Shown here piece by piece: positions 27,525-38,459 of a stretch of DNA of 64,000 bases. Position numbers and translations under genes: made by a program. Source of the stretch: an uncultured Holophaga sp. (GTDB taxonomy: Bacteria; Acidobacteriota; Holophagae; Holophagales; Holophagaceae); contig OY761614.1 in assembly GCA_963664825.1 (NCBI GenBank), forward strand, positions 2,912,001-2,976,000. Direction: 5' to 3'. The notes beneath the pieces are model-generated. The model saw only the letters and a program-made list of their open reading frames with translations. It had not been told where the DNA came from and searched no databases. Every line of letters starts with the position of its first letter. Position 1 is the first letter of the stretch.

Positions 27525-28691
27525 ATGGTCTTTTTTAACCACGCCACACGCCAAATGACGGCGAAGATCGTTTACTACGGGCCCGGTCTGTGCGGGAAAA
27601 CCACCAATCTGAATACGATCTATGGCAAGACGACCCAGAAGGCCCGGGGTGAGATGGTCTCGTTGAATACCGAGACGGATCGCACGCTCTTCTTCGATCT
27701 GCTCCCCTTGGATATCGGTGTGGTGGGAGGCTTCAAGACCAAGCTGCAGCTCTACACGGTGCCCGGCCAGGTCTTCTACAATTCCACGCGGAAACTCGTG
27801 CTCAAGGGTGTGGATGGCATCGTTTTCGTGGCCGATAGCCAGACGCCCATGCTGGATGCCAATCGAGAGAGCCTGCAGAACCTCGACGATAATCTGCGGG
27901 AACTGGGCCTGGACGTCCGCCAGATCCCCATGGTCTTCCAGTGGAACAAGCGGGATCTGCGCAATGTCGTCCCCATCGATCAGATGGAAACCGAGCTCAA
28001 TCCCCGCAGGCAGCCCAGCTTCCAGGGCATCGCCTCTGATGGGACGGGTGTCTTCGAGACCCTGAGGGGCATCACCAAGCTTGCGCTGGGGCACATCAAG
28101 GTCCATCACTTTCCCGATACGGGTGTGGATGAAGCCCCCGCCCCGCCTCCACCTCCCACCCCTCCTCCCGCGGCAGCCACACCCTCTCGCCCCGAGGTGC
28201 TCACCCTTTCGGATCTCCCTTCCGTGGGCGAATTGCTCGACGAGGCCGCCTCGGCCCCGCCTGCCGCCGCTCCCCATCCGTCTCCGTCTGCGGCTGCGGC
28301 CCCCATCACCATGGCGCCCCCCCGGCTGGCGGCCCCTCGGCTTCACGCCTCTCCCCTGAAGCCTCTCCGGCCCGCGGTGCTGCCCGTGCATCTCTCCCTT
28401 CCCAAGCCTGTGGCGCCCATGATGGTCACCCTGGCGCCGCCGGCGCTGCCTCGGCCCTGGGCCCTGGCGGCCCCCCGGCCTGCCATGGCTGCGATGTTCA
28501 GCGATCTGGCTCCCGCCGGGGCGCTCTCGGCCCTGAAGCTGGAACTGCCTTCCAGCCTGGAGGGCCCCGATCTGGAGATCACCGTCCAGGTGAGGCAGGG
28601 TGGTTATGTGGTGAGTGAAGGCACCCTTCACAAGGCTGTGCCTGGCGCGGGCAGTGTCTCCCGGTTCAGCGTCGAACTCAAGCGGAGCTGA
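27525..28691 (+). CDS. MglA-like small GTPase with a Pro/Ala-rich C-terminal extension
   Basis: KIVYYGPGLCGKTTNL, RTLFFD, LYTVPGQVFYN, VDGIVFVADS and NKRDL motifs. Confidence 0.9.
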   Translation: MVFFNHATRQMTAKIVYYGPGLCGKTTNLNTIYGKTTQKARGEMVSLNTETDRTLFFDLLPLDIGVVGGFKTKLQLYTVPGQVFYNSTRKLVLKGVDGIVFVADSQTPMLDANRESLQNLDDNLRELGLDVRQIPMVFQWNKRDLRNVVPIDQMETELNPRRQPSFQGIASDGTGVFETLRGITKLALGHIKVHHFPDTGVDEAPAPPPPPTPPPAAATPSRPEVLTLSDLPSVGELLDEAASAPPAAAPHPSPSAAAAPITMAPPRLAAPRLHASPLKPLRPAVLPVHLSLPKPVAPMMVTLAPPALPRPWALAAPRPAMAAMFSDLAPAGALSALKLELPSSLEGPDLEITVQVRQGGYVVSEGTLHKAVPGAGSVSRFSVELKRS

Positions 28692-28696
28692 TCCCC

Positions 28697-29278
28697 GTGC
28701 ATCGGCCTCTCCTCCTCGTATTCCTGACCTTCACCCTTGGGGCCCAGGCGCCGCCCAGCTGGTGGAAGGCCTTGCCCAATCTGCCTCGCCTGGAATCGAC
28801 CTTCGTCCAGGAATCCGAAAGCGCCGTCTTCGGCAAGCTCCGGAAGGAAGGACGCCTTCAGCTCACGAAGGGCGGCCGCATCCGGGTGGCCTATACGGGC
28901 GGGCTGCTGGTGGTTTCCGATGGGAAGACGGTCATCCAATACGACCCCGGGGCGCGAACGGCCCAGAAACTCGATCTGCGCGTCGTCGCTTCCGAAATGC
29001 CCCTGCTGAACGTGCTGGTGGATCCCCGCGCCTTGGAGCGTGTCTATCGCGCCCAGGTGCAGCCCTCGGGGATCTTGGTGCTGGAACCCCGGAAACCGGG
29101 ACTGCCCAAGGTCGAGCTGGAGGGAAAGGGCGGATTGCTGAAGAAAATCTCCTGGGTGGATGCCACCGGGGCCCGACAGGTGCTGGAGCTGCTGGACCCC
29201 AAGGTGCCGGCCTCCATCCCCGATTCCACCTACAAATTGCGTGTCCCCGCCGGGACCCGCTGGATGGAAGCCCGGTGA
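28697..29278 (+). CDS. Outer-membrane lipoprotein carrier LolA-like protein
   Basis: Signal peptide; F.QE...G.L...G.IR..Y, VSDGKTV..YDP motifs. Confidence 0.75.
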   Translation: MHRPLLLVFLTFTLGAQAPPSWWKALPNLPRLESTFVQESESAVFGKLRKEGRLQLTKGGRIRVAYTGGLLVVSDGKTVIQYDPGARTAQKLDLRVVASEMPLLNVLVDPRALERVYRAQVQPSGILVLEPRKPGLPKVELEGKGGLLKKISWVDATGARQVLELLDPKVPASIPDSTYKLRVPAGTRWMEAR

Positions 29279-29285
29279 AACGCCT

Positions 29286-29690
29286 TTAGGCCGTGACGCC
29301 CATTTCCCGCTGGATCATGGCGACGACGTCCTCGGTGTTGGTGCCGGGCTGGAAGATTTCCTTGATGCCGATGGCCTTGAGGCCGGGCACATCCTCGTCG
29401 GGGATGATGCCGCCGGCAAATACCAGCACATCGGTGGCGCCCTGGGCCTTCAGCAGGCGCATGATCTCGGGAAAGATCTGGTTGTGGGCGCCGCTGAGGA
29501 TGGAGAGGCCCAGCACCCGCACATCCTCCTGGATGGCGGCGGCGACGATCTGGGAAGGCGTCTGGCGAAGACCCGTGTAGATGACCTCCATGCCCGCATC
29601 CCGCAGCGCGCGCGCCACGACCTTGGCGCCGCGATCGTGGCCGTCCAGGCCGGGCTTGGCGATCAGCACACGGATGGGAGATGTGGACAT
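29286..29690 (-). CDS. Cobalamin-binding subunit of a methylmalonyl-CoA mutase-type enzyme
   Basis: [25 protein letters not shown] and F.PGT motifs. Confidence 0.93.
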   Translation of the reverse strand: MSTSPIRVLIAKPGLDGHDRGAKVVARALRDAGMEVIYTGLRQTPSQIVAAAIQEDVRVLGLSILSGAHNQIFPEIMRLLKAQGATDVLVFAGGIIPDEDVPGLKAIGIKEIFQPGTNTEDVVAMIQREMGVTA

Positions 29691-29743
29691 CGTTGCTCCA
29701 GAAGAGATGAATCAGGGACAGTCTAGCCCGCAGAGCCTGTGTT

Positions 29744-30337
29744 CTACTTCACTTCCTTGGCTTCCTTGATGAGCACGGGCGTCACGGGCACGTTCTTCAT
29801 GTCCCGGACGGTCTTGGTCTTCACGGCCTTGATCCGGTCGATGACCTCCATGCCCTGGATGACCTTGCCGAAGGCGGTGTAGCCATACCCGCTCATGGTC
29901 TTGGCCTTGAAATTGAGGTTCGGATTGTCCTGGACGTTGACGAAGAACTGGGCCGTGGCGCCAAAGGGGTTGTTCTGGGGGAGGGCCATGGCGATGGTGC
30001 CCCGCCTGTGGGTCAGGCCCTTGGCCTTGGCCAGATCGCTCTCGGGGGGGATGGGCGGGTCGGTGGGCTTCTTGGTGAGGTCGGGCAGATGGCCTCCCCC
30101 CTGGACCATGAAGGAGGGCATGACCCGGTGGAAGATGGTGCCGTTGTAGTAGCCCTTCCGCACGTATTTCAGGAAGTTGTCGACGGTTTTCGGCGCGGCC
30201 CCCGGCTCCAATTGGACCGTAAAGGCCCCCATGGAGGTCACGAACTGGACCTTCGGTTTCATGGCGTCGGCTGCGGGTTTGGGGCCAGCGGCCAGCAGGG
30301 GCAAGGCCAGGAACAAGGCAGCGAAGGCTGGGCGCAT
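29744..30337 (-). CDS. Periplasmic cyclophilin-type peptidyl-prolyl isomerase
   Basis: Signal peptide; APKTVDNF, FHRV..FMVQGG, GTIAMA, QFFVN and FGKV motifs. Confidence 0.92.
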   Translation of the reverse strand: MRPAFAALFLALPLLAAGPKPAADAMKPKVQFVTSMGAFTVQLEPGAAPKTVDNFLKYVRKGYYNGTIFHRVMPSFMVQGGGHLPDLTKKPTDPPIPPESDLAKAKGLTHRRGTIAMALPQNNPFGATAQFFVNVQDNPNLNFKAKTMSGYGYTAFGKVIQGMEVIDRIKAVKTKTVRDMKNVPVTPVLIKEAKEVK

Positions 30338-30443
30338 GGGAACTCCGGGGGGATCCCCGATTATCCCCTCGATGCCCAGCCTTTGGAACCGTCTTGGGCG
30401 AGGGTGTCTGCAAACTCCCGTTTCCTGTGGCTAGAATGGAAGC

Positions 30444-30519
30444 GGCCCTATAGCTCAGCGGTCAGAGCTGGCGGCTCATAACCGCTTGGTCCTCGGTTCG
30501 AATCCGGGTGGGGCCACCA
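30444..30519 (+). tRNA. tRNA with CAT anticodon, most likely tRNA-Ile2 (lysidine type)
   Basis: GGCCCTATAGCTCAG...GGCGG-CT CAT AA-CCGCT...GGTTCGAATCC...GGGGCCACCA; acceptor and anticodon stems resemble Ile2. Confidence 0.9.
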
Positions 30520-30796
30520 AGTTTCATGCTGTGAGGCGCAGGATTCGAACCGAGGATCGCAGGGGCGCGCCGCAAGGATCAGCGAGGGACGCATGCGTCC
30601 CGAGCGGTGCGGCTTTAGCCGCAGATCCGGGCGCAGCCCATGCGCGGCGGGACGGAGGCTTCGAATCCGGGTGGGGCCACCAAGTTTCATGCTGTGAGGC
30701 GCAGGATTCGAACCGAGGATCGCAGGGGCGCGCCGCAAGGATCAGCGAGGGACGCATGCGTCCCGAGCGGTGCGGCTTTAGCCGCAGATCCGGGCG
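30497..30796 (+). repeat. tRNA-linked tandem repeat (163-bp period) containing the tRNA 3' end
   Basis: 30497-30633 is identical to 30660-30796; each copy begins with TTCGAATCCGGGTGGGGCCACCA. Confidence 0.92.
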
Positions 30797-30868
30797 TAGC
30801 CTGCGTTGCGGGATGGAGGTGATGCTCCTTCCGCCCTTGCCCGGTTAGTCTTGGGTCTAGGAGCCTCC

Positions 30869-31654
30869 ATGCGCCTGCCGCTTTTCCAGATCGATGCCTT
30901 CAGCGATCATCCCTTCGCGGGCAATCCTGCGGCCGTGGTGATCCTGCCCCAGTGGCTTCCGGACGCGCTGATGCAGGCCATCGCGCTGGAGAATAACCTC
31001 CCCGAGACGGCCTTCCTGGTGAAAGAAACGGCGGGTTGGCGTCTCCGCTGGTTCACGCCGGAACTGGAGATGGATCTCTGCGGGCACGCCACCCTGGCCT
31101 CGGCCTTCGTGCTCTTTCACGAATTCCAGGCACCGGGGAAGAGCCTCCACTTCCATTCCCTGAGCGGGCCCTTGAGCGTGGAAAAGGATGGGGAACGTCT
31201 GGTGCTGGACTTCCCCAGCCGCCCGCCTGTTCCCTGCGAGGCGCCTCCCGGGCTCTTCGAGGCCCTGGGCATGTTGCCACGTCCCGTCGCCAAGGCCCGG
31301 GATCACTTCCTGGTTATGGATTCCCAGGCCGAGGTCCAGGCCCTGCGCCCGGATTTTGCCGCTCTCGATCAGGTGGATTCCCCCGGCGTCATCGTGACGG
31401 CCCCGGGCGATGAGATGGATTTCGTGAGCCGCTTCTTCACGCCCCAGGCGGCGATCCCGGAGGATCCCGTGACTGGCAGCGCCCACTGCACCTTGATCCC
31501 CTACTGGGCAGAGCGCCTGGGGAAGTCTCGGCTCTCCGCCCGGCAGATCAGCAGCCGGGGGGGAGACCTGGACTGCGAAATGCGAGGGGACCGGGTGCGG
31601 ATCGGGGGCCGGGCCGTGAAGGTGTTCCAGGGGGAATTCTTCCTGGCGGATTGA
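30869..31654 (+). CDS. PhzF family isomerase
   Basis: QIDAF...GNPAAV, ETAF, LRWFTP..E.DLCGHATLA and EDPVTGSAH motifs. Confidence 0.93.
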   Translation: MRLPLFQIDAFSDHPFAGNPAAVVILPQWLPDALMQAIALENNLPETAFLVKETAGWRLRWFTPELEMDLCGHATLASAFVLFHEFQAPGKSLHFHSLSGPLSVEKDGERLVLDFPSRPPVPCEAPPGLFEALGMLPRPVAKARDHFLVMDSQAEVQALRPDFAALDQVDSPGVIVTAPGDEMDFVSRFFTPQAAIPEDPVTGSAHCTLIPYWAERLGKSRLSARQISSRGGDLDCEMRGDRVRIGGRAVKVFQGEFFLAD

Positions 31655-31696
31655 AGGGAGGCCTCGCCCCCGCCATGCTAGGAACTCGGAGGATGC

Positions 31697-32482
31697 ATGA
31701 GCCTTCTGCTCGCCGTTGATATCGGCAACACCAATATCGTCCTGGGGGTTTTCGATCTTTCGAAGGGGGCGAAGGCCCCGCTCATCCACTCCTGGCGCCT
31801 GGCCACCAGCCGCGAACGCACCATGGACGAGTACGGCCTCTCCAGCTTCGCCCTCCTGAGGCACTGCGGCATCGAACCCGAGCGGATCGAACACGTGGTG
31901 GTCTCCAGCGTGGTGCCGCCCATGCATCCTGTGCTGGAGGCCTGGGTGAAGGCCTATTTCCATCTGGATCCCTTCTGGATCGAACCGGGCATCAAGACGG
32001 GACTGAAGCTCCTGCTGGAAAATCCGGCCGAACTGGGCGCCGATCGCATCGTCAATGCCGTCGCGGGTCTGGCCCGCTACGGGGCGCCCCTCATCGCGCT
32101 CGATTTCGGCACGGCCACCACCTTCGATATCGTGAACGCCCAGCGGGAATACCTGGGCGGCATCATACTACCGGGCCTCAAGATCGCCGCGGAAGCCCTC
32201 TTCCAGAGGGCCTCCCGCCTCCCGAGGGTGGAGATCGCCGAGCCCGAACACCTGGTGGGCCGCAATACCGTCCAGGCCATGCAGTCGGGCCTCTTCTACG
32301 GCTACGTGGGCCAGGTGGATGGCATCCTGGAGCGGTTGTTCAAGGAATATCCCGATTGCCCCGTGGTGGCCACCGGAGGCCTCGCCAAGATCATCGCCCC
32401 CGCCAGCCGCTACATCCACAACGTCGAACCGGATCTGACCCTGGAGGGCTTGAAGATCCTGTGGATGAAGAACAGGAAATGA
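31697..32482 (+). CDS. coaX: Type III pantothenate kinase
   Basis: DIGNTN, SSVVP, LGADR, DFGTATT, GGIILPG and ATGG motifs. Confidence 0.95.
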   Translation: MSLLLAVDIGNTNIVLGVFDLSKGAKAPLIHSWRLATSRERTMDEYGLSSFALLRHCGIEPERIEHVVVSSVVPPMHPVLEAWVKAYFHLDPFWIEPGIKTGLKLLLENPAELGADRIVNAVAGLARYGAPLIALDFGTATTFDIVNAQREYLGGIILPGLKIAAEALFQRASRLPRVEIAEPEHLVGRNTVQAMQSGLFYGYVGQVDGILERLFKEYPDCPVVATGGLAKIIAPASRYIHNVEPDLTLEGLKILWMKNRK

Positions 32483-33180
32483 CCCTTCCCCTGATCCGCC
32501 TATCGTTGGTGGATTCCACCCAGTCCTTCCTGGCCCGTCATCCGGAGCTGGGCTGCTGCGGGGTCTTGGCCGACGCCCAGAGCGAGGGCCGGGGCAGGGG
32601 GGAGCACCGCTGGGAGAGCGCGCCGGGGGCAGGTCTCTGGCTTTCGGTGGCCCTGCCCAGGCCGGAGGTAGCTCCGGGGCTCCTGCTCCAGCGGGCCATG
32701 GGGGCCGTGGCGGAGCTGCTGGAGCCCTGCGGCCTGAGGCTGGGCCTGAAGTGGCCCAACGATCTCGTGGCCTGGCGTGAGGGGAAGCTGGTGAAGTTGG
32801 GTGGCATCATCGGCGAACAGAAGGGCGAAGGGGTGCTCCTCGGCCTGGGCCTGAATCTCCGGGCGGCGCCTTCCATCCCTGGGCGCGCCATTCCGCCCGC
32901 CTCGCTGATCGAACTGGGCGCCAGGGATCTGCCGGAGGCACCTGCGCTCGCCCGGGCCATCCTGGAGGCCTGGGAGGATCTCACCGTGATCCCCAGGCCC
33001 GCCTTCCGCTGGCCCGGGAAGGGCGATGCCATCGCCTGGGAGGAGGGCGAGGGCCTCTGCGAGGGCTGGCGGGAGGATGGCCAGCTCGCCGTGAGCACGG
33101 CCCAGGGGCTTCGAAACCTCAGCGGGGGCGATGTGAGGGGCCTGTCCTATGCGGAGGGCTCCGTCAATCCCCATTCCTGA
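32479..33180 (+). CDS. birA: Biotin protein ligase (no N-terminal HTH)
   Basis: VDSTQ, Q..GRGR...W.S, LKWPND and KLGGI motifs. Confidence 0.85.
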   Translation: MTLPLIRLSLVDSTQSFLARHPELGCCGVLADAQSEGRGRGEHRWESAPGAGLWLSVALPRPEVAPGLLLQRAMGAVAELLEPCGLRLGLKWPNDLVAWREGKLVKLGGIIGEQKGEGVLLGLGLNLRAAPSIPGRAIPPASLIELGARDLPEAPALARAILEAWEDLTVIPRPAFRWPGKGDAIAWEEGEGLCEGWREDGQLAVSTAQGLRNLSGGDVRGLSYAEGSVNPHS

Positions 33181-33440
33181 AGGGCCCCCAGCAGGCGCTT
33201 CAGCTGCTGGGTCTCGGTGGTGTGGAAGCGGCTCACCAGCTTCCAGCCCTGGGCCACTTTCTGGTAGCGGTGCAGCCAGAGGAAGGGCCCTTCCCAGGCC
33301 GCCTCAGGCCCATTGCGCGTCTTCACCAGGAAGGCCACCGAGGTCCAGGGGCCGCGGCTGAGCACCTGGCGGCCCAGTTCTTCGAGCCCTGTATCCTCGT
33401 CATGTTCCAGGATCAGGTCGTCGATATCGGGGATGAACAT
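33147..33440 (-). CDS. Hypothetical protein
   Basis: ORF with GGAG RBS; VLSRG.W...FL...RYQK segment. Confidence 0.6.
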   Translation of the reverse strand: MFIPDIDDLILEHDEDTGLEELGRQVLSRGPWTSVAFLVKTRNGPEAAWEGPFLWLHRYQKVAQGWKLVSRFHTTETQQLKRLLGALQEWGLTEPSA

Positions 33441-33534
33441 GGGGTCTCCTTGGATGGGGCATTTTCCCACGGAAACCTGAAGCCTCCGTCCTCCGGCTTA
33501 GAGTGGGTGCAAGATGGGGGATCAAGGGGGACCC

Positions 33535-33885
33535 ATGGCTGATCCGAACTGCCTCTTCTGCAAGATCGCGTCCAAACAGATTCCATCGACCATCCTCTTC
33601 GAGGACGAGCAGGTGTTGGCCTTCCGGGATATCTCGCCCCAGGTGCCGGTGCATGTGCTCATCGTGCCCAAGCTCCATGTGGCGGGCCTGGACGCCCTGA
33701 CCGAGGCCCATGGGGCCCTGGTGGGCCATATCGCCCTGGTGGCTCAGAAGCTGGCACAGGAACTGGGTGTGGCCAAGAGCGGATACCGCCTGGTGGCCAA
33801 TTCCGGCCCCGATGCCGGCCAGACCGTGTTTCATCTGCATTTTCATCTGCTGGGCGGGGCGCCCATGGCCGGGAAGATGGTCTGA
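33535..33885 (+). CDS. HIT (histidine triad) nucleotide-binding protein
   Basis: CLFCKI, AFRDISPQ.P.H.L and GQTVFHLHFHLLGG motifs. Confidence 0.95.
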   Translation: MADPNCLFCKIASKQIPSTILFEDEQVLAFRDISPQVPVHVLIVPKLHVAGLDALTEAHGALVGHIALVAQKLAQELGVAKSGYRLVANSGPDAGQTVFHLHFHLLGGAPMAGKMV

Positions 33886-34003
33886 GGCCTTGGGTGAACT
33901 TCTCGGATAGGGGAAGGGGCTGAACCCGGACGCCTGAAAAAAAATCTTTTCGGACTGGGGAAACAGCCTCGATCGTCCGAAAGATACCCTGAGGCCCCTC
34001 CAC

Positions 34004-37000
34004 GTGATTCTTCGATTTCCGGTCATCCGGCTCCTCCTGGCGAGCGCCCTGCTCGCGGGCGGGGCCCTGGCAGCGCTGGATCCTGCCCCCTCCCGGGCTA
34101 TCGAAGCGACGGGCCGTCCGGCCCTCAGGGTCTTCACCGACAAGGACGGACTGCCCCAGAATTCCGTGGAGGCCCTGGCCATGGACCAGAGGGGCTACCT
34201 CTGGATCGGCACCCAGGATGGGGTCGCCCGCTACAACGGGCGGTCCTGGACGCGGGTTGCCATGCCCGTTCAGGAACAGAGCCGCTGGGTCCGATCGATC
34301 CTGGCGGCTTCGGATGGCAGCCTGTGGTTCGGTCAGGTCAATGGGGGCGTGGTGGCCCTCCGGAATGGGGTCTGGCAGAGCTTTGCGATCGCCGCGGGGG
34401 TGGCCTCGGGTCAGGTCCGCTGCCTGGCGGAGCGACTCGATGGCCGCATCCTGGCCGGCACCAGCCTGGGGGTCTTCCAATGGGATGGCCGGAGCTGGAG
34501 CCCTGTGCGGGATCCCGGGGGGCGGCCCATGGGGACCGTGCTCTCGATCCGGGAGGTCCGGGAACCGGGGCGGCCTCCCGTGCTCTGGATCGGGACCGAG
34601 CAGGGACTCGCCCAGGTGGGGCCCACGGGACCCTGGCACTGGTTCACGGTCCGGGATGGTCTGCCCTCCAATAGCGTCTCGAGCCTCTTGGAGACCCGTG
34701 AACCCGATGGCCAGACCCTGCTCTGGGTCGGAACCGCTCGGGGGCTGGCCAGGTGGGACGGCCATGGCTGGAAGGCCTATGGCCCTCGCGAGGGCCTGCC
34801 CACCAATGCCGTGAATCAGATCGTCCAGTCGACTTCGTCCGGAGGGGCTCGCACCCTCTGGCTGGCCACCAACGAAGGCCTCGCCTACCGCGAAAGAGGC
34901 CGGTGGCAGATCCTGGATACGGGCTCCGGATTCCCCAACCGGGTGGTGCGGAGTCTCTGGATTGAGGAGGCACCGGGAGGGCGTCACACCGTCTGGGCCG
35001 GCACCTTCGGGGGGTTGGTGCGCCTGGCCAGGGGGGGGTGGACCACCTTCGATCGCCAGACGGGGCTGCCCGATAATTCGGTCTTCGGGATCCTGGAGAG
35101 CCGCCTGGGAGCGGGTTTCTGGATGGCCACCCTGGGGGGAGGGCTGGCTCACTTCCAGCAAGGCAGGTGGACCAGCTTCGGCCCCAATTCCCTGGTGCCC
35201 GATCGCCAGATCCTATCCCTGCTGGAGACCCGTTCGGAGCGTGGCCAGCCTGTGCTCTGGATCGGCAGCGGGGGAGGGGGCGTCCTTCGGCTGGAGGAGG
35301 GTCGGGTCACCCGGAGCGCGGAAGCCACGGGTCTGCCGGATGCCTGGGTCTTCGAATTGGCCGAAATCCAGGGGGCGGATGGTCAGAAGGAAATTTGGGC
35401 CGGCACCCGGAAGGGCCCCGCCCGCCTGAGGGGGGGGCGGTGGGAATGGCCCGAAGGAGCTCAGGCGCTCCCCTGGGGCACCGTGATGGCCATCCGGCAG
35501 GGAGCCGCCCCCGGAGGAGGCCAGGGGGTATGGGTGGGCACCCGGGGCCAGGGGGTCTACCTGTTCCAGGGGGGGCGCTGGACCCAATTCTCCAACCGGG
35601 AAGGGTTGCCCGATGCCCGCGTGACGAGCCTGACCCTCATTCCCGATGGGACCCAGGTCGTTTGGCTCTGGGTGGGGACCTTGAACGGCCTCTGGCGCAG
35701 ACGCCTGGACCGCCTGGAGGCCCCCTGGGAGCCGGTGGGGGACCTTCCCAGCCGCCTGGTCTACTCGGTGGTGCCCGATCGGAAGGGGCGGGTCTATGTC
35801 TTCACCCATCGCGGGGTCTGCCAGCTGAGTCCGCGGTCCCCTAGCTCTGAGGATTCCAGGCCTTTCCGGGAGCGGACCTTCACCACGGGTGATGGGCTCC
35901 CCAGCAATGGATGCACTCAGAAATCCGCCCTCCTGGATAGTCTGGGCAGGCTTTGGACGGGGACCGTGGCGGGGGCGGCCATGTACAACCCGGAGGAGGA
36001 GGCCTCCGATCCCACTGCGAAGCCCTTCCATTTCGAACGCATTCTGGCGGGGAACCGCTCCCTGGAAGGCCCTCAGGCCTTCCAGGTGGATTGGCGTCGG
36101 CCAAGCGTCCTCTTCGAATTCGCACTCCTCAGCTACTACCGGGAGGAGGACACCCAGTATTGCTCCCAGCTCGAAGGTCTCGAGGCCGAGCCGACGCCCT
36201 GGACCCGGGACGGGAAGCGGGAATATCCCTCCCTTCCGCCGGGGGCCTACACGTTCAAGGTGTGGGCGGTGGATGGCGCGGGCCACGCCAGTGAGCCACT
36301 CTCGGCCTCCTTCCGGGTCCTGCCCGCCCCCTGGGAGACCTGGTGGGCTCGGGGGCTCTATGGCTTCGGGGCAGTGGGCTTGGTTCTGGCGCTCCTCTGG
36401 GGGCGCAGTCGGGTGCTCAAGGCCCGGAACCTGGAGCTCGAGCAGAAGGTCCAGGCGCGCACGGGGGAATTGATCGAGGCGATGTCGGATCTGGAAAGCG
36501 CCCGGGAGGAGGCCACCCAGGCCAATGATGCGAAATCCTTCTTCCTGGCCACCATGAGTCACGAGATCCGCACCCCCCTCAATGGCATCCTCGGGATGTC
36601 CGGGGCCCTGTTGGATACCTCCCTGAATGCGGTCCAGCGCGAATTCTCCGAGACCATCCACGGATCCAGCGAGAGCCTGCTCCTGATCCTCAACGAGATC
36701 CTGGATTTCTCGAAGGTGGAATCCGGACACCTGGAATTGGAGGAAATCCCCTTCGATCCGGTGGCCGAACTGGAGGAATGCCTGGGGCTCTTCGCCGAGG
36801 CCGCTCAGCGCAAGGGCCTGGAATTGGTGGGGCGTTTCGACCCAGGCCTGCCCCAGCGTGTGATCGGGGATCCCGGGCGCTTCCGCCAGCTGGCCGCGAA
36901 CCTCCTGGGCAACGCGGTGAAGTTCACCCTGGAAGGCGAGGTGCGCCTGCATCTGGAAGCCTTGGCCGGGGAACCAGGGCAGACGCTTTCCCTGCGGCTG

Positions 37001-38401
37001 GAAGTCCGGGACTCGGGCATCGGGATCTCGCCGGAGGCCGCTGCGCGCTTGTTCAATCCCTTCGTGCAGGCCGAGCGCTCCACCACCCGGAAGTTCGGCG
37101 GGACCGGGCTGGGCCTGGCCATCTGCAAACGGGTCGCGGAGCGCATGGGGGGCCAGATCCAGGTCGAAAGCGACGTGGGACAGGGCAGCCGGTTCATCTG
37201 CGAAATCCCCTTCCGGGTGGAGGAGGCCCGGCTGAATTCCTGGGAGCCCCTTCCGGAGGGCCTGCGGGTGCTGGTCCACGATCCCAACCTGGCGGTGCGG
37301 GAGGCCGTTCTGGAAAGGCTCCGGGCCTGGGAGGTGGAAGCCCTGGCCACCGGCAACGCCCAGGAACTCGAGAGGCTCTGCCAAGACGAGGGGCGTGCCT
37401 TTGATCTGGTGCTCCTGGGCCTGCCCCCCCTGGAAGCCGACCCCGTCCAGGCCCTGGAGCCCCTTGAAAAGGCTGGCGTGCCGGTGGTCCTGCTGGTGGG
37501 CATCGCGGCCATCGCCGCCGCGGAGCGCCTCCGGGGCAGCGGGCGGGCCGCCTATCTCACCAAACCCCTGCGGATCTCCAGGCTGCGGCAGGCCTTGCGG
37601 CAATGCCTGGAGCCCCTGGACCGGGATCCCGAGACTCAAGGGATCCGGGGGCAAGTGCTCGTGGTCGATGACAACGCCACCAACCGCAAGGTGGCCGAGC
37701 TCCATCTGAAGGCCCTCGGCTTCGGGTGCAGATTAGCCGAGAGCGCCGAAGAGGCCCTGGGGATCCTGAAATCCGAAGCCTTCGAGATCGTCCTCATGGA
37801 CTGCGAAATGCCCGGCGTCGATGGGTTCGAAGCCGCTCGGCGGATTCGGGAGCAGGAGGCTCCCGGCACCCATCAGATCATCCTGGCGCTGACGGCGAAC
37901 TCCGTGGAGGGGGCCCGGGAACGCTGCGTGGCCGCGGGCATGGACGGATATCTCACCAAGCCCTTGCACCGGGAGCCCCTGAACGCCGCCCTCAGTCGTT
38001 GGCTCCAGGTCTCTGCCCCCGTGCCGCCTGTGGAGGCACCGGAAGGGGAAATCCTGCTGGACGCCCACGCCTGGGAGGGCCTGGCCTACCTGGAAAAGGC
38101 CTCGGGGCCCGGCGCCATCCGGGAGGTGGTCGAGGACTTCCAAAAGGATGTGCATGCCCGCCTGGAGCGCATGCAGGCGGCTCTCGAAGGGGGAAAGCTG
38201 GAAGAACTGGGGCGCCTGGCCCATGACCTGAAATCCAATGCCGCCACCCTCGGGGCCCTGGAACTCTCGGCCCGTGGCGCCGAGATCGAGCGTGGGGCTC
38301 GGGAGGGCGCACCTCTCGATTTCGCGGGCCTCCTGCAAGGCTGTCGCCTCCAGGTGCCGGCCCTGCTCCGCCTGCTCCAGAGCCGGATACCCCCTCTTTA
38401 G
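34004..38401 (+). CDS. Hybrid sensor kinase (beta-propeller/Y_Y_Y sensor, HisKA, HATPase, 2 REC, Hpt)
   Basis: Repeated GLP.N.V / LWIGT blades, [36 protein letters not shown] and AHDLKS motifs. Confidence 0.93.
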   Translation: MILRFPVIRLLLASALLAGGALAALDPAPSRAIEATGRPALRVFTDKDGLPQNSVEALAMDQRGYLWIGTQDGVARYNGRSWTRVAMPVQEQSRWVRSILAASDGSLWFGQVNGGVVALRNGVWQSFAIAAGVASGQVRCLAERLDGRILAGTSLGVFQWDGRSWSPVRDPGGRPMGTVLSIREVREPGRPPVLWIGTEQGLAQVGPTGPWHWFTVRDGLPSNSVSSLLETREPDGQTLLWVGTARGLARWDGHGWKAYGPREGLPTNAVNQIVQSTSSGGARTLWLATNEGLAYRERGRWQILDTGSGFPNRVVRSLWIEEAPGGRHTVWAGTFGGLVRLARGGWTTFDRQTGLPDNSVFGILESRLGAGFWMATLGGGLAHFQQGRWTSFGPNSLVPDRQILSLLETRSERGQPVLWIGSGGGGVLRLEEGRVTRSAEATGLPDAWVFELAEIQGADGQKEIWAGTRKGPARLRGGRWEWPEGAQALPWGTVMAIRQGAAPGGGQGVWVGTRGQGVYLFQGGRWTQFSNREGLPDARVTSLTLIPDGTQVVWLWVGTLNGLWRRRLDRLEAPWEPVGDLPSRLVYSVVPDRKGRVYVFTHRGVCQLSPRSPSSEDSRPFRERTFTTGDGLPSNGCTQKSALLDSLGRLWTGTVAGAAMYNPEEEASDPTAKPFHFERILAGNRSLEGPQAFQVDWRRPSVLFEFALLSYYREEDTQYCSQLEGLEAEPTPWTRDGKREYPSLPPGAYTFKVWAVDGAGHASEPLSASFRVLPAPWETWWARGLYGFGAVGLVLALLWGRSRVLKARNLELEQKVQARTGELIEAMSDLESAREEATQANDAKSFFLATMSHEIRTPLNGILGMSGALLDTSLNAVQREFSETIHGSSESLLLILNEILDFSKVESGHLELEEIPFDPVAELEECLGLFAEAAQRKGLELVGRFDPGLPQRVIGDPGRFRQLAANLLGNAVKFTLEGEVRLHLEALAGEPGQTLSLRLEVRDSGIGISPEAAARLFNPFVQAERSTTRKFGGTGLGLAICKRVAERMGGQIQVESDVGQGSRFICEIPFRVEEARLNSWEPLPEGLRVLVHDPNLAVREAVLERLRAWEVEALATGNAQELERLCQDEGRAFDLVLLGLPPLEADPVQALEPLEKAGVPVVLLVGIAAIAAAERLRGSGRAAYLTKPLRISRLRQALRQCLEPLDRDPETQGIRGQVLVVDDNATNRKVAELHLKALGFGCRLAESAEEALGILKSEAFEIVLMDCEMPGVDGFEAARRIREQEAPGTHQIILALTANSVEGARERCVAAGMDGYLTKPLHREPLNAALSRWLQVSAPVPPVEAPEGEILLDAHAWEGLAYLEKASGPGAIREVVEDFQKDVHARLERMQAALEGGKLEELGRLAHDLKSNAATLGALELSARGAEIERGAREGAPLDFAGLLQGCRLQVPALLRLLQSRIPPL

Positions 38402-38459
38402 CTCTTGCCGGGAATTCCCGAGCGGCCCTGGGGCATACTCAATCCCAGGGAGGTTCCCC

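Noticed and set aside
30497..30796. CRISPR array or second tRNA
   Set aside because: Only two long identical units with no unique spacers and no cas genes; the second copy has just 23 nt of tRNA.
34100..36000. Repeated GLP/WxGT sequence as a DNA repeat array
   Set aside because: Explained by the beta-propeller blades of the sensor kinase.
35213..37705. Long antisense ORFs (also 41017-43134, 46567-48969, 18340-19845 and similar)
   Set aside because: Shadow frames of well-supported genes in high-GC DNA, with no recognisable motifs.
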